Source: an uncultured virus (IMG/VR IMGVR_UViG_3300026185_000029) (lineage: Duplodnaviria; Heunggongvirae; Uroviricota; Caudoviricetes). Taken from it: DNA of 20,000 nucleotides. The position numbers and the translations under genes are program-made. Where the stretch lies: the IMG/VR virus record IMGVR_UViG_3300026185_000029; one strand, given 5' to 3'. The notes under the pieces are model-generated. The model was given only the letters and a program-made list of their open reading frames with translations, was not told the DNA's origin and made no database searches. This document shows, piece by piece, positions 16,237 to 20,000 of the stretch (its first letter is position 1; every line of letters begins with the position of its first letter).

Positions 16237-16989
16237 ATGGTTACTGGATTAGTATTAAAGGAAAAGGACACCAAAGCCCATAAAGGACATAAAGTAGAGC
16301 GTCCTTTAAAGAGATCAGAGCGGACTAAAAAGTATATTAAAAAGGTTACAAATGCTTCTACCTCCAAGGCTTCATCTTCATCTATAGAGTTAGCGGGAGC
16401 ATTTGATTCATCAGGAAATAAACTAGAGCAATTAATTGAGGTCTCGTCAACCTCTTATAATCTTGTCAAGTTGGCAAGCCAAAGTGATTATGATGCTGAA
16501 TTAGATCCAAGAAGAGATGCTTCTTCATGGGACGGTGATCCTACGAGTCATGCCTTGAGACAGAGAAGAGGGGACTTGAATGAAGAATTAGTAGCAAGCA
16601 TCCTAAAGATGTTTGAGGTGAAGGAGCTAGTTCGTTCACAACAGTTCTCGCCAGCGGATGATTTATTCGGTGTAGACATTGCTGTCCAACATCCTAGTGG
16701 AGCTTGTTACTTCTTCCAAGTAAAGGGTAGTGAGGCGGGAGTAATCTCTGCAGCTGCTAAGTTTGGTGTGTCAAATATTGACTGTGTCAATACAGTATTC
16801 GTCCGCTCTTGGAATGAGGAAGGTCCTAAAGAGTTATTAAAGGTCTTAGTACCTTTAATGGTCAAAGCAGGCTTTAAACTCTATAAAGAGTATCAGGTAG
16901 CCTTAGAAAGAAAGGTACCATATCCTAAAATCGTTAGAATTCTAAGTTCGTGGAAGACTAACGAAGAGTTAATGAGAGTAGGTAAATAA
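16237..16989 (+). CDS. PD-(D/E)XK-superfamily nuclease
   Basis: RGDLNEELV (helix Glu), GVDIAV (Asp), FFQVKGS (QxK variant); basic N-terminal extension. Confidence 0.6.
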   Translation: MVTGLVLKEKDTKAHKGHKVERPLKRSERTKKYIKKVTNASTSKASSSSIELAGAFDSSGNKLEQLIEVSSTSYNLVKLASQSDYDAELDPRRDASSWDGDPTSHALRQRRGDLNEELVASILKMFEVKELVRSQQFSPADDLFGVDIAVQHPSGACYFFQVKGSEAGVISAAAKFGVSNIDCVNTVFVRSWNEEGPKELLKVLVPLMVKAGFKLYKEYQVALERKVPYPKIVRILSSWKTNEELMRVGK

Positions 16990-17004
16990 ATTAACAAGTC
17001 TATA

Positions 17005-17047
17005 AATATTAGAGATATAACAGGTATTGAGTTGTATCTCTAATATT
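17005..17047 (+). repeat. 17-bp inverted repeat
   Basis: AATATTAGAGATATAAC-AGGTATTGA-GTTGTATCTCTAATATT; one U.G pair. Confidence 0.8.
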
Positions 17048-17111
17048 ATTTGCATATAGATTCAATATCAAATGGTAAAGAAAGTAAGGTATAGAGTATA
17101 GGGTGTAAGAT

Positions 17112-17384
17112 ATGACAAGAAGAGGAAGAAAAATCATTAAGAGTCCTAGATATGATGTAGATAAACTGTTAGAGGAATCTAAATGGGTTCTAACACATAA
17201 AGACCCAATAACGTTAAGTTATGAAGAGTGGAAAATATTAATTGTAGGTGAATTTTTCATAGTTCTTTTGAAAGAGAAAAGGAAGATCTGTAATCTAAAT
17301 AGAAAGCAGATAATGCCAATAATACGTAAAGGTAAAGTGAATAATGTAGAGGAAGAGGAAAGTTTATGTATAAAAGTTTACTAA
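17112..17384 (+). CDS. Hypothetical basic protein
   Basis: 90-aa ORF. Confidence 0.6.
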   Translation: MTRRGRKIIKSPRYDVDKLLEESKWVLTHKDPITLSYEEWKILIVGEFFIVLLKEKRKICNLNRKQIMPIIRKGKVNNVEEEESLCIKVY

Positions 17385-17394
17385 TGTAATTATT

Positions 17395-17745
17395 ATGTTG
17401 CCCTTTTTGAAAAGTCTGAAGTTAAAAAGAGTTAGACCAAGTAAGTTTATAGTTAGTTTAATTAACAAGAGTTTAAATAAACCTTGTTATAAAGAATTAG
17501 AGTTTTTATTTCTACTCTTACTCTATGCAGGCCCAAAGACTAAAGAGAACTTATATCACCATATTATTGAATATGGCCGTAGTCTTTCAATGGCTGATAT
17601 AAACGTAATGACCAAAGTATTAGCTAGTGAAGGTTTAATAGAGTCTATTTGGGGGTATAGAGAGGATTTGATTAGTATTACTAATGAAGGAAGAAGGGCT
17701 GCAGGAATTATAGAGAAGAAACTGAATAATTTAAAGAAGTTATAA
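17395..17745 (+). CDS. Winged-helix (MarR/PadR-like) protein
   Basis: LLLLYAGPKT..L...SMADINVMTKVLASEGLIE...ISITNEGR. Confidence 0.6.
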   Translation: MLPFLKSLKLKRVRPSKFIVSLINKSLNKPCYKELEFLFLLLLYAGPKTKENLYHHIIEYGRSLSMADINVMTKVLASEGLIESIWGYREDLISITNEGRRAAGIIEKKLNNLKKL

Positions 17746-17751
17746 AAGTCT

Positions 17752-18483
17752 ATGATTGAACTGACACCTGACGGAATTCTAGTATCGAATAAAGGGTTAT
17801 TCTGTGAAGGTTATACATGGCCCGATATTTTAAAGATAATCGAGGAAGATTTAAGACCCGTCTGCAATAGAAGTAATAAAATAATATACTTTACTGATAC
17901 TAGAAAGACTCCTTATAACATACCAGTAAAAGATATTTTCGAATATATGAGGAGAAATGAAATAGAGTTATTGGAGTCTCTAAAAGCCTTCAATAAATCG
18001 ATAGGTCCATTTCTTCCATCATTTGTCACTGCAGTATCAGATATAGCTATAAAAGCTTCTCACTCACCTAATAGTAACAGTTCTAGTAAAATAATTAGAG
18101 TGTTAGGAGAAGAGGAATATGCACATATCCTGAATGAATATCCATATTTAAGAAGGGGAGTAAGTAGTGCTACACCGGCAGGAAAAAGATTAATAACTAC
18201 ATTAGGTCTCAATCAAGAATTCAGTGATGAGAGATTGATCATAACTAAAGTAGTTTATGATTATATGGTCAATCCAAAATTCATTCCTTTAAAATCTTTT
18301 GTTTTAGAAGTCAAGAATTCTAGTTCTAGCTATAAGCCTATTAGATGGGATACTTGGCTTAATAAAAATGAGCCAGATGTATATATGAGTCGATGGTTAA
18401 GATTGAATATCAAGGAATGTGTGATGACTGAGTCTAGGAAACAGAGAATAAAGGAGGAGTTAGTTCCTAGTTTAAAACCTTAA
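17752..18483 (+). CDS. Hypothetical protein
   Basis: 243-aa ORF. Confidence 0.75.
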   Translation: MIELTPDGILVSNKGLFCEGYTWPDILKIIEEDLRPVCNRSNKIIYFTDTRKTPYNIPVKDIFEYMRRNEIELLESLKAFNKSIGPFLPSFVTAVSDIAIKASHSPNSNSSSKIIRVLGEEEYAHILNEYPYLRRGVSSATPAGKRLITTLGLNQEFSDERLIITKVVYDYMVNPKFIPLKSFVLEVKNSSSSYKPIRWDTWLNKNEPDVYMSRWLRLNIKECVMTESRKQRIKEELVPSLKP

Positions 18484-18518
18484 ACTTAAATCGTAAAAGG
18501 GAAGGGAGAGAGAGGAAA

Positions 18519-19196
18519 TTGACTAATATTTATTTAGCCGTAAGTGGAGGTATTGATTCAATGTACCTTCTTCATTGTCTTGTCGAAAGAAAGGCAAATA
18601 TTAAAGTTATCAATTATCATTACGGAGATCCATATTCTGATCAAGTCGATAATTTATTAAGGGAGGTTTGTAATCAATATAAAGTACCTTTAATACTTAG
18701 TAGTGAGTTAGAAGGAATCCATAATAAGGATTGTAGTAATAACAATAAGGAAGCTAATTGGAGGGATAGTAGATATAAATTCTTTGCAAGAGTCTTAAAT
18801 AAAACGAATACAGCTTCTAATGAACGACCTGTATTGTTAGTAGCTCATCATGAAACAGATCAATTAGTTTCGTGGATAATGTCTAGACTGAAAAATAGTC
18901 GAAGATGTTTTATTCCTTTAATAGGGAATCATCAAGGTGTAAAGGTTGTAAGACCTCTATATCGAATGGCTAAAGAAGATATAAAAAGAGAGGTCATTCG
19001 TAAGAGTATTCCTTATTTAGAGGATCCTGAGAATAGTCATGGTGATAGAGCAGCTGTAGAGAAATTAATCCCAGCGCTCAAAGAAGCCATCTCACAAATG
19101 CAAGGAGCTTTCGCTAATCAATACGAAGATTGGTTAAATAGATATATCACTAGCTTAGACAAAGAAGACCAGGCTTTATTAGCTAGTTTAAGTTAG
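18519..19196 (+). CDS. tilS: tRNA(Ile)-lysidine synthase-like PP-loop enzyme, catalytic domain only
   Basis: AVSGGIDS PP-loop, EANWRDSRY, AHHETDQ, VRPL, YLEDPEN. TTG start after a purine-rich SD. Confidence 0.8.
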   Translation: MTNIYLAVSGGIDSMYLLHCLVERKANIKVINYHYGDPYSDQVDNLLREVCNQYKVPLILSSELEGIHNKDCSNNNKEANWRDSRYKFFARVLNKTNTASNERPVLLVAHHETDQLVSWIMSRLKNSRRCFIPLIGNHQGVKVVRPLYRMAKEDIKREVIRKSIPYLEDPENSHGDRAAVEKLIPALKEAISQMQGAFANQYEDWLNRYITSLDKEDQALLASLS

Positions 19197-19215
19197 AGTT
19201 GTAGAAATAAAGAAA

Positions 19216-19292
19216 GATAGATAGTACCATCCATGTATATAATTTATGAGACTTCTAGTTTTATCTTATATACATAGATGGTACTATCTATC
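19216..19292. repeat. 27-bp inverted repeat with one mismatch and a 23-nt spacer
   Basis: GATAGATAGTACCATCCATGTATATAA ... TTATATACATAGATGGTACTATCTATC. Confidence 0.85.
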
Positions 19293-19421
19293 GAATAGTG
19301 ATAGAAAGAGCAAGGAAGAAGGAAACAATTTGGTCAATATAAGATAACATCAAACCGTATTTAAGTTATCAACTTAAATATTGACCATCAATGTACTAAG
19401 TAAAAAGGCAGGAAGGAAACA

Positions 19422-20000
19422 ATGAAAATCAACCAATTTAATTCCACTACCCAACAAGAACAAAAACAAGTAATGACTACTAGTCGAGTAGCCCTTTATA
19501 TCGGTAAAAACAATCCCGATTTATATACTAAGGATGTAATGGTCAAGGGGGAGCCTTGGAAACTAGTTCTTGGTCAATTTATCGACAATGCGGAAGGTAA
19601 TGCTCAATGCATTCCGAGCCTAGTTGTCCGTGAAGCCAACGGAACGAAGTATGAAGAGACAGATGAAAACTTAGGTATCGCACCCATTAAAAAGGGTGAC
19701 ACTGTACGTCTCTACATGAAAGAAGAAGACTACGCTCGTGTTAACGCCGCCATGAAAGATACAAAAGTGGCTACGTTAATTATTTCTCACAAGGAGATTC
19801 TCCCAGCGACTTTAGGTCTCGATTTAAGTGACGGAACCCAGCGTGTCGATTTCTTTAACATTACGATGTGGCCATCGACGGTTAATATGGAAACCTCTGT
19901 GTTACGTTTAGGGGCTCCTGAACATCCTTTAGTAGAGGACTTCCGAGAGCAACAACAGCGTGAACGAGAAGAACGTGCTCAAAGTACACGGGAGTCTTCT
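19422..20000 (+). CDS. Hypothetical protein (3'-truncated by window edge)
   Basis: ATG 19422 after GGAAGGA; open to the end of the window (MKINQFNSTTQQEQKQVMTTSRVALYIGK...). Confidence 0.8.
   Translation, partial: MKINQFNSTTQQEQKQVMTTSRVALYIGKNNPDLYTKDVMVKGEPWKLVLGQFIDNAEGNAQCIPSLVVREANGTKYEETDENLGIAPIKKGDTVRLYMKEEDYARVNAAMKDTKVATLIISHKEILPATLGLDLSDGTQRVDFFNITMWPSTVNMETSVLRLGAPEHPLVEDFREQQQREREERAQSTRESS

Noticed and set aside
1..20000. Stop-codon reassignment
   Set aside because: Genes tile densely under the standard code, with TAA, TAG and TGA all used as stops. No suppressor tRNA is seen.

Overview
AT-rich, gene-dense window with almost all genes on the + strand and many small hypothetical ORFs. 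It is most consistent with part of a large phage genome; this is an inference, as no virion genes or integrase are present. Recognisable genes: a tRNA with a CAT anticodon (probably Ile2), a short TilS, a lone minus-strand superfamily-A (TV-Pol-like) polymerase, a 615-aa protein with a C-terminal TerD-like domain, a truncated DUF2828 (Ro/TROVE-like) protein, a lipoprotein thermonuclease, a metallophosphoesterase, a PD-(D/E)XK nuclease, an Rmf-like protein and two winged-helix proteins. The most notable signal is non-coding. A structured RNA motif ('motif A': outer stem-AAA-RRGAGT-TCCTA...MCTT-ACTCYY-C-outer stem) occurs five times with compensatory base changes. One copy encloses the ribosome-binding site and start codon of the 615-aa gene, and two copies lie directly after its stop codon. 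This suggests an RNA-binding protein with cognate small RNAs and translational autoregulation. A second, weaker motif (stem-ACAGC) lies upstream of the DUF2828 gene and elsewhere. Also present: a degenerate copy of the tRNA 3' half, three dispersed paralogous exported two-Cys proteins, and several long intergenic inverted repeats. All family assignments come from motif recognition by eye; no searches or folding programs were run.
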